Below, in pieces: positions 33,012 through 45,145 of a stretch of 64,000 nucleotides of DNA (position 1 is the stretch's first letter; every line of letters begins with the position of its first letter). Source of the DNA: Trypanosoma brucei (lineage: Eukaryota); contig CP000071.1 of NCBI GenBank assembly GCA_000002445.1, positions 576,001-640,000 of the forward strand, given 5' to 3'. Made by a program: the position numbers and the translations under genes. The notes under the pieces are model-generated. The model worked only from the letters and a program-made list of their open reading frames with translations, was not told the DNA's origin and did no database searches.

Positions 33012-33583
33012 TATAACGGGAAAAGGATCAACACAACGACGACAGCAAGGGAAGGAGAAACAACATAATCGGACATTATTATTGTGAACACAGAGTCAAA
33101 GCAAGTGGCTCCCCCGCAAGCCTCCTCACAACCGCTAGTGCCCATGCTACCAGCGCTGCATGACATGCGAGAGGGCTGGCACACGAACATGTATCCCTCA
33201 GTTTATTTGTTGCCTACAACAGGAGGGGAGACAATGTGGCGTCCACCCCAAGCGGAGAAGAGCCAATAGGTCATTCATAAAAGTACTAAAAAACAATGGG
33301 AACAACTGCGTGCCAACTTCAGTAGAGAAGCAGGATAATAGGGAGGAAAAGCGTACGATAAGTGGTACAAGAGGAAGACAAAAATGAAGGAAACATTAAC
33401 GTTGTTGGTGGGGACCGTGGAAGACCCCGTTTGAATGAAGCAAGAGAAGATAAGGACCAATCATCCCAGAAAATGACATCAGCATCCACTTGCAAACACT
33501 TGCGGTTGCTCACCTCTCCCTCTTCCCTTTCCCACACTAATTTGTTCCCCTCTCAAATCCCTGTAACACACGCTGTCCTTCTA

Positions 33584-33598
33584 CCCCCCCCCCCCCCC
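33584..33598. repeat. C15 homopolymer (G15 on the minus strand)
   Basis: Intergenic tract reads ctaccccccccccccccccag. Confidence 0.9.
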
Positions 33599-34512
33599 AG
33601 TGACCTCATGCGAAAAGTCTCGCACCCCGATGCCATCCAACGAAACCTTCTCAGGGGGGCCCGGAAGCAAAAGGAGGTTTAAGTAAGAGTCCGTGGAGTG
33701 CGTTTTGAAAGCACCTTACAGTCGATTGTTTCCTTCCGCAGAAGGTTTTGGCTTTTTATCACACAACTCCACTTCTTCAGGAGCACACAGTCGTGCCTCC
33801 CCACCCACAATTCTCTGGGTTACGTATTCCTTTTTTGACTGTTTATGTCTTATGTTGTTCATTCAGCTCTTGGATTCTTTGACACCTTGTTTTTGCATAG
33901 CATTTCATTTCGTATGAATAAGATTGTTCCGTTTCCTTAGTTTCCCTTTTTTCTTTACAATGTCTGTTGGGAGGGATGTTTCACCCTGATATTTTAGTTT
34001 CTTTCTCCCTTTCTTCCTTTCACCTATTTGATGTTGTTTGACGATTTGAAATTTAGGTCCATCTGCCACTCCGCTCCCGCATTTCTGCTGCCTATCCGTG
34101 TAGTACACCAACCGTACCACATCCAACACCCTTCATCAATTTACCTAGATCTTAAAAAGCATTTTCTTCTTTTTATTTTATGTGGAGGCATCTCCCCGGA
34201 ACACCCTAGACATTTTTCTCTCCACTTTAAGTACAGGCAGAACGCATACGCTGTGTTTCCCTTTTCTTTTTTTTTTTAAACCCCCCGATAGGCCCTTCCT
34301 TTTTGCCCTCCCTTTAGTTTTGTTTGTTCGCTTTTCATTTCGCCTTCATACCCCACCTGCCCGTACTCTCAATCACACTACAAAATTTCCCCCTTTCCGC
34401 CTTCTCCATGCTTTTCTTTTTTTTTTCTCCCTTAAACATTTTTTCCTCGTTCCGGAAGGGTCCATGTTCTTCAAACACCCACTGCTACCTGGTACTCTCG
34501 TCAACCGTTCAA

Positions 34513-36363
34513 CTAATCCTCCACCTCAATGACGGAGCCTTTCGTACCGGCCGAGTTCACCGCCGCACCGGCGGTTGGGATGTTGGAGATGTACATATCA
34601 TCCACATCCTCGTCTTCGACTCCAAAGTTGACGAAGTACTGACGGTTTTCACGATACTTAAGCACTCCGTAGACCACAAGGCAGGCGACGGCAACCACTG
34701 TACCACATATTGCAAAGATTGAAAGTACGCGACCCCAACCCATCCTAGGGTTAGGGTCGTCACCGAGCGCGAACATATCCCTGCTTCCTTCTGCTGATTC
34801 GATGCCTGCCGCCGCAAGCGCTTCCGAACCCTGCTTTGATGCAGATATGATGTAATTTTGACGCTCTACTGTGTCACATGTGCGGTCTTCACCCAGTTCC
34901 TCACAGAAGATTGATATGAACAGCCGCACACGGCCGTCCTTTCCGTGTGTGACGCGAGACAGGGCCATTGCCGTACGTGGCACGCACAGAGCCTTACTCA
35001 GGGTCTGCAGATAGTTGGACGGTAACGTTTTACTTTTCAGGGTTAGCATAATACTGTTGTACATGCTCCACCTATTCTCCGGAGTGTTGGGTGGTGCCAT
35101 TGGGCAGAGTTCTTTTGTCACAGGGTCAACGGGCTGTCTGTAAGTGATGTTACCGTCGGCATTGGTGATGTCGGCAGCACTGTTGACGATGTCGATACTT
35201 GGCACCTCTACCCACGGCATTCCTGTGCGCTTGAAGCATACCTTATAGGCTCCCCCACGTTTGAGCACCCATGACCATAGCACAGAAGTCGCCTTTGGTC
35301 CAAATCTATCTTCAGGTTCAAGAGCAAGAGTTTCTGGCACGCCACCTGCAGCGGACGCGTCGCAATCCTCGGTATCTGAGACAAATTTTGCCTGGTTCCT
35401 TCGGGGGCGTGTGTCCAAATCGGATCCATAGAACTTGATGGTCGTACGCTTCATAACGTATACTTTTCCGTCAGCATTCTGGCCACCAACTACCTGGTAG
35501 TACGAAGGATTGACCTCAAAGCTGCGGACAACACCAACCTCTGTCACATCTTCCGTGTTTGCCTTGCGGCTACAGATACGATAGGCGCGTGCGGTATCGA
35601 TGAAGACATCTCGGGCGGCGAACGTAGAAGTGTTAGCTCCGGTGAAGTCTTCGTCAAACAGTGGCGGGCTGGAAGGGTGACTCATCAAATAGCTATTGGA
35701 ACCGGTGCTTGTTGAGCATTCTTCTTTTGCGCTGATAAGGAAAAACTCCTCGCGTTCTGAGACACCCCCTTTCGTACTGTCTGAGCTTCGGAAGATGAAG
35801 CGAGTCGGAACACTGTTCTTTGCGTGAACAATTCGCGGTTGAACACCAACCAGTACAGGAACGTCACTAACCGCTGCCACCTTAGCGTCATGTGTAAACC
35901 TGAAGGAGACGCGCGCCTCCAGACCACACTCATGGTTAGCCGCCGTATTAGCGAACACCAACGAAAGGTCTGACTTATGCGCAAGTCGAATTGCCACATC
36001 GGAGAGCGATCCACCTGCCATATCCTTCACATCGTATTCCTCCGTAACCTGCTCTCCAGACTTACTGTCCTTGTACGTGGCACGTACAAACAGGCGGAAC
36101 GAGAATTCCGTCTGGTGGTCAATTTGGCACGGCCCGGGGCCCATGTCTTTTGCGTTAGTGGTATCAACCGGTTTCACTTCGTACGCAAGACAGTGAATCG
36201 TTAGATTCCGCCCAGGTTTGTCAAACCTTTGCACCACCCACTCTTTGCCTGGAAGCCCACCCCCTGTGTATTCATTTTCCGAGCAAGTAGGAAACAGACT
36301 CAGCGCCCGCACAGAGGCGTGCGACAGTTGGAGAAGTAGAGCAACAAAGAAAGAACGCCGCAT
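34513..36363 (-). CDS. Type I transmembrane (glyco)protein with a large lumenal domain and short acidic cytoplasmic tail
   Basis: N-terminal signal peptide (MRRSFFVALLLQLSHASVRA). Single TM near the C-terminus (LSIFAICGTVVAVACLVVYGVL), multiple N-x-S/T sites, and tail ...EDEDVDDMYISNIP. I could not place the lumenal domain. Confidence 0.6.
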   Translation of the reverse strand: MRRSFFVALLLQLSHASVRALSLFPTCSENEYTGGGLPGKEWVVQRFDKPGRNLTIHCLAYEVKPVDTTNAKDMGPGPCQIDHQTEFSFRLFVRATYKDSKSGEQVTEEYDVKDMAGGSLSDVAIRLAHKSDLSLVFANTAANHECGLEARVSFRFTHDAKVAAVSDVPVLVGVQPRIVHAKNSVPTRFIFRSSDSTKGGVSEREEFFLISAKEECSTSTGSNSYLMSHPSSPPLFDEDFTGANTSTFAARDVFIDTARAYRICSRKANTEDVTEVGVVRSFEVNPSYYQVVGGQNADGKVYVMKRTTIKFYGSDLDTRPRRNQAKFVSDTEDCDASAAGGVPETLALEPEDRFGPKATSVLWSWVLKRGGAYKVCFKRTGMPWVEVPSIDIVNSAADITNADGNITYRQPVDPVTKELCPMAPPNTPENRWSMYNSIMLTLKSKTLPSNYLQTLSKALCVPRTAMALSRVTHGKDGRVRLFISIFCEELGEDRTCDTVERQNYIISASKQGSEALAAAGIESAEGSRDMFALGDDPNPRMGWGRVLSIFAICGTVVAVACLVVYGVLKYRENRQYFVNFGVEDEDVDDMYISNIPTAGAAVNSAGTKGSVIEVED

Positions 36364-36940
36364 CTCCCACCTTTTCTCTCACCTTCACGTTGTCTGTCAC
36401 AATTCTTAACTGTCTTTCCACCCACACAATTTCCTTTCTTGTTTCGTTTCCTAATGTTTGATACTTGCACCGTCGAATCCTTCTCCCCACTCTTCCGGTT
36501 TTTGTCGGTTACTCTGCGTTGTGCTTCGCTCACACACACGTTCTTGGAGGCACGACCGTGTTTGCATGGTCAATATAGCACGAAGAGCAAGAAAAAGAAC
36601 AAAGATGAGGGTGCAGAAGAGTCCACGGGTATGGAGGGCCGGAAAAGGGGAAATATGGTACAAATCAAAATGTGACACTTTATTTACTCACAAAGCGTGT
36701 GTGAAGAACGGACTTGCTTGTGTGTAAAAGCAAGCATGTGGTCACACACACACATACCACAAAACTCCTCGCGCCGACTCGTTCGAGGGAAGGGGCTTAA
36801 AGATTGCGTGGTGGGGGCGCTTTTCAGGCAGCACTGATGAGAGCAACCCAATGGGAAGCAACGATCTCGAAATGCAGGAAACTAGTCGCCTAATCCCCTC
36901 CCCTGTCAGCATGCTTTGTGATTACGTCCACCCCTTTTTC

Positions 36941-37570
36941 TCACTTCTTTCCACCCCCATCCTTACCCTTTTCTCCCGCACCGCCGGACCGCCTTGACGA
37001 TCCACGCTCCTTTTGAAACAAATCCACAGCCTTCATGTTCACTTGGCGCATGCGGAACATAACTTTCGCCATCCTTCGTTTCACCTGATTGTCAAGTATC
37101 TGCTGCTGCCACGGCGATTCAAACGCCTCCTTGCTCTCTTTGTCGAACAACTCCTCCGTGTACCAGTGCTGTGCGGCTATTTTATTTTCATAAATGCCTG
37201 GGTATGTCCACTCCGGGCCAATAACCGGGTCTTTTTGGTCCTTGAAAATAGCTATGGGGAGCGACATACCCTCTTTCCCGTACGTATACACATTCAAGGG
37301 CACTTCCTTGACCTCTACAAGTTTACGGTGCTCCATGCGTCCATGGTGCGCCTGCTTGAAGCGGCGCCGCTCCCTCTCCAACTCCCGTTCAGTGGGGGCC
37401 GCATCGTATGGCAAATAGACCTGTTTATAGTCTGGCGTATCCGCCGGCTTGCCGGTACGTTTCAGGAGGAAAGGAGTTGCCCTCACCAACTTGAACGCGT
37501 TTATTTGCAGCATATCAATCCAACCATGAAGACGGTTGAGTTGCTGCAGCGGTGGCAAAGGAAGAAACAA
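36941..37570 (-). CDS. Hypothetical protein (209 aa), basic Gly/Lys-rich C-terminus
   Basis: ORF co-oriented with the transcription unit with non-random composition. No family recognised. Confidence 0.45.
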   Translation of the reverse strand: MFLPLPPLQQLNRLHGWIDMLQINAFKLVRATPFLLKRTGKPADTPDYKQVYLPYDAAPTERELERERRRFKQAHHGRMEHRKLVEVKEVPLNVYTYGKEGMSLPIAIFKDQKDPVIGPEWTYPGIYENKIAAQHWYTEELFDKESKEAFESPWQQQILDNQVKRRMAKVMFRMRQVNMKAVDLFQKERGSSRRSGGAGEKGKDGGGKK

Positions 37571-38629
37571 ACAAGTGGAATAAAATTAAACGCGCGAAGG
37601 TGGGGATAACACAAGTACAACTGAAACAGACAATGAAAAACTGATCATTCATCCTTCCTCACATCTCTGTTCAAACCAAGCCCATGTTTTTCACCGTTAC
37701 TGCTGTTTCCCCGCTGTATCTTTTGTTGCGAACCGAAACAGTACAACAAGGCGCCGTATCGAAAACTTCAACAAACAACAACACACGAGTGCGCAACGAA
37801 GTCCCCTAAATCCTAACACCCTTCACCTTTGCAGTCCCCCCCCCGGTGCATTAAATTTATCTATACCCGGAAACTACAAAATGAGGAAACGCCCTCTTCA
37901 ACATCTCAAGCACGTTTTAATGCCCCTTCAGTTCTCTCAACATTTCTTCCTTATTCCCGCAAATTTACGGAACTGCGCCACTTGTTCGCAGCAACAAGTT
38001 CCCCCAACCCTTCATTACGACCAAGGCTCCACCCACCCCGGCCACACAGGTACTTTCATATACATGCCTCCATCTAATTTTCCTTGCTATAGTCTCTTGC
38101 TTATAATCACTACTTTCCTCTCTCCAACTTCCGCCCCCTGAGCACTCACCCGCTTCCTTTCGTTGCCACCGGCCACCCCAAGTATATGCACGGTGTGCAT
38201 ATATTAGCACAGCCTGTTCCTATTTGTTTTGGTGCAGTGCATATAAATGAACATACTGCTACGATTGTAGTAATGTTTGCTGTTGTCAATTTAACCCAGC
38301 GAGAAGCTCCCTAAAAGAAATAACGAACGGATGGGAATATTTAAAAGGAAAAGAATTACATTGTGATATCTATCTTCGTCCGCTACCTGGTCAAAGACTA
38401 ACTGATAAAAAATTAGGTTAAGTAAACGTTCCCACAATCAAACGAATAGCAAAACATTCCTTTTGTTGTGTTAAGACGAACCCACGGACGAAAGAGAAAG
38501 CGGCCAGATCAGCCGGGAAAAAATAAGATTAGAAAGGGGGAGGAATAATTTCCATCGGGTGACATTTTGCCCGAATACCTATCCTCTCCCCTCTCGCTCC
38601 ACATCATACAGGCTCCATACGATACACCA

Positions 38630-39559
38630 TTACCATGTCTTCTTCCAGTAGCGGAAGGTTGTCCGTCCGTAAATGCGCCAGTTTGTGTTCTTCTGGCAGT
38701 AATGTAGCAGAATGCAGTTCACCAGACCCAGTGTAGTGAAACACTTCCAAAACATAACGCGACGGTCGTCGTACTCCGACTCAGCAGACCACCGAAGGAA
38801 GTTGACGACGTCCTTCGCCATTTGACTTATCGTTGCGGGCGTGCCATCCTCATAATCCACCATCCCGTCAGAGAGCGGGGGCGGCATAGAGAGGACGCAG
38901 TCCTTAAAGTACGGGTTCCAGAACTGGCCAGGTTTCAACTCAGGCGCAAAAGGGGGGATTTCCATCAACTCACCGTTGCCCCAGTTGTAGCCTGTGATGA
39001 GAGAAAAGATGTAATCCGGACCCCCCTCCTTGCCAAACACCGAATGTTGAAGATCCGGCGGCTCAGAGCCATTGTTGGCAAACTGCGCCGCGCGCTGGTT
39101 CGGAAACGGAATGGGAAGCGTGTCTGTCGGTTTGCCAGGTCGTGGGTTCAACATTCCCTGTGCATCCGGAGCTGAATCAACCACTTCATACTGCGAGGCC
39201 AACTGTTTGATCTCTTCACGTGTCATGAAGCCTTGAAAGTGCGTGAAAGTCATGCGACCCAGGGGGTGACACGGTGCGAACACTTCAGTGTATATTTGGC
39301 GGCCACGTCGTACGGAGGGCCAATCCAAGCTGTGCCAGATCTCAAAGCGATCGTTGTGATTCCAGTACCAATCCCTTTTGATGGGGTGAGCTTTCTTACC
39401 TGCCATGTTTGTTATGTTCTGCAGACTACAGAAAAGAGGGTAAAAGTGTTGTCTCATTTTCCGCGGTAGATGACGAAAAACGACAGAAACCATGGATTGA
39501 ACCAATGGGTAAAGAACGCGAGCACCAAACTCATGCATATAAACTTCAATTACAAGCAA
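38630..39559 (-). CDS. CYC1: Cytochrome c1, heme protein (bc1 complex subunit), kinetoplastid single-Cys heme-binding type
   Basis: Cytochrome c1 fold signatures: IWHSLDWPSVRRGRQIYTEVFAPCH. The heme motif is A-P-C-H (one Cys) rather than CxxCH, as described for trypanosomatid c-type cytochromes. C-terminal TM anchor. Confidence 0.85.
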   Translation of the reverse strand: MLVIEVYMHEFGARVLYPLVQSMVSVVFRHLPRKMRQHFYPLFCSLQNITNMAGKKAHPIKRDWYWNHNDRFEIWHSLDWPSVRRGRQIYTEVFAPCHPLGRMTFTHFQGFMTREEIKQLASQYEVVDSAPDAQGMLNPRPGKPTDTLPIPFPNQRAAQFANNGSEPPDLQHSVFGKEGGPDYIFSLITGYNWGNGELMEIPPFAPELKPGQFWNPYFKDCVLSMPPPLSDGMVDYEDGTPATISQMAKDVVNFLRWSAESEYDDRRVMFWKCFTTLGLVNCILLHYCQKNTNWRIYGRTTFRYWKKTW

Positions 39560-40278
39560 CGAAATCTACGAGAGGCGTCGACGAGATAGGTGAAAGAGTT
39601 TTAAAAAAAAAAAACGTTTTAAATCGAGCGTCGTCAGTGGACTACGGTTGCGATAGCTCATACAACGACCACTACAGCCGTTGCCGATGTTCCAGTTGCG
39701 GTAAACAAGTGCACAACTCAAAAAATATGCCTCGATGGTCTACACGCCACTAAGCAGTGTGAATGCCAGCAGGTACGCACCTTGACGTTGGCATTGTGCC
39801 CGTGGATTGGGGGCACACGTTAGAACACCATTCTCAGAGTTCTTGTGCTCCCGCGTGTCCTCTTTCTAGTGTAATGCTCACGATGGTGGCACTTACCGCA
39901 GAGTTGCATCGTCCACAAACATCGCTCCTACTCAATTTACCATTTGGCATTTTTGTATACCCCGCCCACTGCGTACTCAGCGGGAGGGCCCACTTTGAAA
40001 GAAGAGCAAAAGGCTCTAAGCCAATCAAGCCCACAATTATGAAGGCGCCACCTTTCGAGCTTCAAATTTAATCCACGCGCAAGTTTGTACCTGCGCGCTT
40101 GCATATAAACAATCTATGGTATAGCGTGGAGGGACACTAAACACCTTTTAGCCACTTTGTTTCTTTTCCCACCTACTACACTGTTTCTATTCTATCAAAA
40201 ACCTAGAGGTTGCTGTCCTCGCTCCCTCGGGTTGCCCAGTGTACGGGCACAAGCGCAATACGTGCTCACTTCCTACCG

Positions 40279-41481
40279 CTACTTTTTAATCCCTGGAGCA
40301 CAAGGCTCCATTTCGTCACGCGTTAAGCGCGACGGCGATGGTGGGACAACAGTTCCATCAGAACATACCCTTTTCCGTACCGGGCTCTCTGTCGCCAACA
40401 CCTCTGTGTCGCTATCGTCCCCCGCCGAGGACTGCGTATCTGGCGTCACCGGCAAGTTGTTTTCCTCAGTCCCAGCTATTTCCCTGCCCCCGCATCCCAC
40501 TGTTGCTCGCGGTGCAGCCCCTGGTTTCCACTTCCTTAGCATATATGCGGGCAAGCTGCGGGTGGGGTGCATGGGTAAAGGATTTTTGATGTTCGCTGGA
40601 ATGGTTGCGGCTTTCGCCCCGAACATCTCATGCTTCGCGGCCCCACGGAGTGTGCTTCTTCCGCTGCGCAAGGATTTGGGAGCTGACCGAGCGACACAGA
40701 CACTAGAGCCGTCAACCGAAGCTCCAACATTCACAGTGTCGACTGTTGAGGAAACAACAGCTCCCGGAGCTGCGGAACTTTCACACGTTAGCGCTGCGAT
40801 GTCGCTGGTGGCGTTGCTTTTTGTGGAGCGGGACACCCCTGTGTCAGTCAGTGCGGAGGCGGGGTAAGCGGGAAGAGGCAGCTCAACGTCCACTCGACAA
40901 TTATGGAGAAAATCGCAGCCAAAATTGGTCCTCAGATCACTGAGTACCGTGGCTACCTGTGCAGGCACTGTACCGTGAGAGGTGGTTTGCACTCCATACT
41001 TCTGTGAGAAGAGACCCCATGGGGTCTTCAATAAAACGTCTCTCAAAGTTATGGGACTAATAGGAAGCTTCAGGAAGAACCGAGGCAATAGAAATACCTC
41101 GAGCTGCTCGGCATCTTCTTTAATCTCCCTTAACCTGTCACAACACAAGGACATTTCTTCCGGGTCACCCATTCCCCAGAGCAAAACCCGTGTCAGACGT
41201 GCGAGCAACTCCACTACTACGACACCTATAGACAACCGCATCGCGGCAGAACGCTTCCTTTTACCCAAGTTGCCCCCAATCCACTCAACAGCATTATTGC
41301 ACAGTGACAATAAATCGGAAGGTTTCAATGACTCTCCGCCGCCTTCGTTCGCACCGAACACACTTCGATGAATATCCCCCAGGATACTTTCCAACGTTTG
41401 TTCATCACGCGAGGTGCACCGAGATAGGGCAGAAACGCACTTCATAAGGTCCTCTTCGTGCATTCTATGACTACCAACCAC
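40279..41481 (-). CDS. Hypothetical protein (400 aa), Ser/Thr/Ala-rich middle region
   Basis: Long ORF co-oriented with the transcription unit. No recognisable domain. Confidence 0.5.
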   Translation of the reverse strand: MVGSHRMHEEDLMKCVSALSRCTSRDEQTLESILGDIHRSVFGANEGGGESLKPSDLLSLCNNAVEWIGGNLGKRKRSAAMRLSIGVVVVELLARLTRVLLWGMGDPEEMSLCCDRLREIKEDAEQLEVFLLPRFFLKLPISPITLRDVLLKTPWGLFSQKYGVQTTSHGTVPAQVATVLSDLRTNFGCDFLHNCRVDVELPLPAYPASALTDTGVSRSTKSNATSDIAALTCESSAAPGAVVSSTVDTVNVGASVDGSSVCVARSAPKSLRSGRSTLRGAAKHEMFGAKAATIPANIKNPLPMHPTRSLPAYMLRKWKPGAAPRATVGCGGREIAGTEENNLPVTPDTQSSAGDDSDTEVLATESPVRKRVCSDGTVVPPSPSRLTRDEMEPCAPGIKK

Positions 41482-41920
41482 AGGTACTGTAAAAAAAAAA
41501 AAAGTGATAAAGCTAATAATACGAGAATAGGAAGGTAAAAAGAACGATCAGCGAGAGTTCGTGCACCTCTATGACCAGGGAGGGGGGAGGGGAGGGGAAA
41601 GCACCCTTGAGCACGAATCTAAACTGGTACCACCGAAGCGCAAATCACTTACATATTTCTTCCGCAGCGCGAACCTTCTGTTCGATAAGGGCGGCCGCCA
41701 ACAAGTCAATATGTGGAAAAAAAAAAAACAAAGGAACCGCGCCCAACAAATAAATAAATAATAATAATAGCACACCATTTGGTGTTCATCTTCCATTTTC
41801 CCCATTGGAATACCGAGGATGAACGGATACGCATGAGCCCGTCTATCAAACCATGCACCACCACAGTGAAGGGTAGCGCACGCGGCCACCCTGCCGACAA
41901 AACACATCGATCTGTGTCTC

Positions 41921-43105
41921 CTACAAATGCGGTTTTCTTCCAATATCGCCGTCTTGCGCAACCTCACGAATAATTTTAGCACAACCTTCGAGCTGCTCGA
42001 GGGTGACGAATTCGTTAGCTCCATGCGCCTGCAGAATCGAGCCAGGGCCGCAAACACCAACAGGGATACCGATACCCTGGTAATGTCCAGCTTCCGTGGC
42101 ATACGCAACCTTACGTACCGCGTTATCCCTTGCAATACGACGAAGCAAAATGAGAAAAGGATCTTCCTCATCCGCCTGCTTCAGAGGTGGTGCGCCGACC
42201 ATCTTCACAATTTCAATGCTTGCGCAATCGAATTCCGTCTTCATTAGTGGGAGGAGTTCACCTTCTGCATAGGTTTTGATTTGTTTTTCAATCAAACCCA
42301 AGTCAGTATTTGTTAGGTAACGCATCTCAAATACGAATTCACAAACTGCGGGTACGGTGTTCTCAGCGTTACCACCAGTCACAAGATTGGTTGATATCGT
42401 CGTGTTGGGAACGTCAAAGTATGAATCACACGTTCCGTTGCACCGGAAATCCTCGGCGATTTCGCGTATCTTCACAATGAGTTTAGCGGCATAGTCGATG
42501 GCATTGCAGCTCCGGCGTGTAAGTGCATACGAAGAGTGTGCCGCCTTCCCCTGCACACGAGCGCGGTAAACTGCTATTCCCTTGTGTGCAACAACAACCT
42601 GATTGGATGTTGGCTCCCCAACAATGCATCCGTAAGCCTTGACCCCTTGTTCACGAAGAAACTGGGTTAATACTTGGCCGCCAATACACCCCACTTCCTC
42701 ATCGTACGTCCACGCAAGGTGAATAGGTTTCCTTCGCTTCATTTGAAGAAGCTCTGGTACAAGAGACATGCAAACCGCGATGAAACCCTTCATATCACAC
42801 GTGCCTCGTCCATAGAACTTCCCATCTCTTTCTGTTAGAGTGAAGGGGTCACTCTCCCATTTCTGGCCATCTACCGGGACTACATCTGTATGACCGGAGA
42901 GGATAATTCCACCATCTGTTATCCCACCCTCACCTGCCAACGTTGCCCATAGATTCGCTTTTGTTTTCTCGTCGTTGTACACTAACGTGCTCGGTACGCC
43001 AAGGGCCGTAAGGTAGCTTCTTATGCAGTAAATGAGCTCGAGGTTCGAATTTCGGCTGGTAGTGTCATACGAAACAAGTTTCGCCAACCACTCTCTGCAG
43101 TTCAT
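41921..43105 (-). CDS. M20-family metallopeptidase, acetylornithine deacetylase (ArgE)/DapE-like
   Basis: Metal-binding motifs LSGHTDVVPV, GRGTCDMKG and dimerisation-domain pattern; 394 aa. Confidence 0.8.
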   Translation of the reverse strand: MNCREWLAKLVSYDTTSRNSNLELIYCIRSYLTALGVPSTLVYNDEKTKANLWATLAGEGGITDGGIILSGHTDVVPVDGQKWESDPFTLTERDGKFYGRGTCDMKGFIAVCMSLVPELLQMKRRKPIHLAWTYDEEVGCIGGQVLTQFLREQGVKAYGCIVGEPTSNQVVVAHKGIAVYRARVQGKAAHSSYALTRRSCNAIDYAAKLIVKIREIAEDFRCNGTCDSYFDVPNTTISTNLVTGGNAENTVPAVCEFVFEMRYLTNTDLGLIEKQIKTYAEGELLPLMKTEFDCASIEIVKMVGAPPLKQADEEDPFLILLRRIARDNAVRKVAYATEAGHYQGIGIPVGVCGPGSILQAHGANEFVTLEQLEGCAKIIREVAQDGDIGRKPHL

Positions 43106-44029
43106 CTTAGAAAAAGTTTATAGGTGGCCTATCCTAACAAATGTGCGTCCCTTACCTTCTTATATAAGCTGCCTCTAGGTGGTGCACATACAACAAATGA
43201 AAATATATATCATTTTCCTTTTTGTGGCGACAACCCGGCCGCTGTAACGGAGGTTTACGGCACCTTCTCCGAGAACGTAGTGGGGACACAGTCGTTACGA
43301 CAGCCTTGTTCACATCGCCATTGTCATATGCCCGCTATGATGCGACGTAACGGGAGAAATAAAAATGAATGCACCATAAACCCTTAAGAAAATAATGCAT
43401 TCCAACAGACCGAAAAATCCGACGCCACCTGCTGTCTGGTCCCTATTCCACTACAGCCACACACGGTGCACATGATAGAGAGCGGCAAACTTCATAGTGC
43501 GTTAAGTAACAAATGCGATAATTGTTCAATAACAACTCAGAAGCGAACTGCCTGGCGTGAGTAAAGAAATCAGCCCCCCCTCAACTTACCACATTTTTTC
43601 GCCCGCCCATTGTTCGTCACACCCCATGAGCAATGGTGCCTGAGTTCTTTCGGAGCAAACGTCTGCAAATAATAAGGGGGGTTTCGCCGTCTATATCAAT
43701 CGACACAGTGATCGGTAGGTTACCGGGAACTAAACAAAAACATTTTGGGCCTTTTCCAGTTGTGTGGGTCCATACTCGACAAGCACATTCACCTCCTACC
43801 TATCATTTGCAAAAAACAAGTCGAAGCACAAAGTTATTTTGTATATCATCCGATGTTCGTACACGTCTGCCTTCGCATTAACGCAGGGAATAGCAAATAT
43901 ATGCACATTTGCTTTTGAACGCAAAGGAGATACACAATGGATACAAAAACACGTAGCAGGTAACATACCACTTGATAAGTTGAATAGCTGAAGTGAGCTA
44001 TCCAAAAAGATATATGTCAGACGTGTGGT

Positions 44030-44917
44030 TCATCTCCGTCGGTGAATGAAAAAAGGGCCATCCCTCGTACACCATTCCACGCTGCACTCCTGCCAGCGAT
44101 AATCGGTCATGGCGAAAAGCCGGAACGCCTCTGGGTCACGGATCGCAGCGACAGAGCGGCTATGCGGATAAAGATCGTCAAAACATAGTATCCTCGTTCC
44201 GCTTGGAACCCGCCTGAAACGTTCGGAGAGATAGTGAGTCAGGGACTTTGGAAACAACAAGTTCGATAGAAGAATTACGGTTTTACCCCTTTCTGACTCA
44301 AAAAGTCTTTCATCCGCCAAAATCTTTGTCATATCGGAAGTAATTATGTTAACTTCCGGCATGCTTCGTCCCGAAGACCCCTCAAGTTCCGGTCTGATGA
44401 CCTCCCAAGCCTTTTTTGCAACTTTAGCGTTGTGTTCACTTATTTCAATTCCAACACAACGAGCACCAGTTAAAAAAGCTACCTGAAACAAAATAGATCC
44501 ATTACCACACCCCAGGTCGTAAAAGGTGTCTTCGGACGTTATTTCCATTAGGCGAACCATTCGCGAGACAAAGGTAGGTAGCAGGGACTTGGCACATAGA
44601 TGACGTGACCCTGACACTTCCGTTATGCGCTTGATATCTAAGCGTCTGAATGTGGCGTCCAAGAGACGTTCGAAGAAGACGCAGTGGCACTGGTCTGCTA
44701 GACAGTGGTGACAACCGCTTTTGTTGGGGTTACCCCGCAGAGGCAGATTGTACGGTTCATGAGGTGTCCCAGCTCCAAGTTCACCCTTGGGTACCAGTTC
44801 CCCCAATGGTGGTTTAAGTGCTTGTACACGATTCTCAGCCACACATTTGATTTCCCCTATCGGCTTACCTGAAGCCTCGCTTCTGGTACGTTTCCGGGAT
44901 ATTAGCAATCCAGGCAT
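44030..44917 (-). CDS. DOT1A: DOT1-family histone H3K79 methyltransferase-like protein (295 aa)
   Basis: Class I SAM-MTase motif [27 protein letters not shown] followed by a DOT1-like ...[15 protein letters not shown] and an acidic/aromatic motif. Size and neighbourhood match the kinetoplastid DOT1A as I recall it. The symbol is tentative. Confidence 0.65.
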   Translation of the reverse strand: MPGLLISRKRTRSEASGKPIGEIKCVAENRVQALKPPLGELVPKGELGAGTPHEPYNLPLRGNPNKSGCHHCLADQCHCVFFERLLDATFRRLDIKRITEVSGSRHLCAKSLLPTFVSRMVRLMEITSEDTFYDLGCGNGSILFQVAFLTGARCVGIEISEHNAKVAKKAWEVIRPELEGSSGRSMPEVNIITSDMTKILADERLFESERGKTVILLSNLLFPKSLTHYLSERFRRVPSGTRILCFDDLYPHSRSVAAIRDPEAFRLFAMTDYRWQECSVEWCTRDGPFFIHRRR

Positions 44918-45145
44918 AGATGTATGTAGTTTATAACTATTCTCACTACCACAATGTCATAATTATGAGGCAGATGCATGTTGCCAAGGTAGGATGACAT
45001 CAGAAAAACAATAAGTTTGAAGTTGTAAGCATAAAAAAAAAAGAAGCAAACAGGGTACGAGAAGCCACATAGAAAGAAATTTGCAACAATTATACAGGAA
45101 AATCCGGTAATCGCCCAAACAAAAGAATCTTAGTGGACACACGCA

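Noticed and set aside
43030-43050. ggttcgaatttcgg, which resembles a tRNA T-arm (GGTTCGAATCC)
   Set aside because: It lies inside the M20 peptidase CDS. No acceptor stem, D-arm or anticodon arm can be built around it. It is a chance match.
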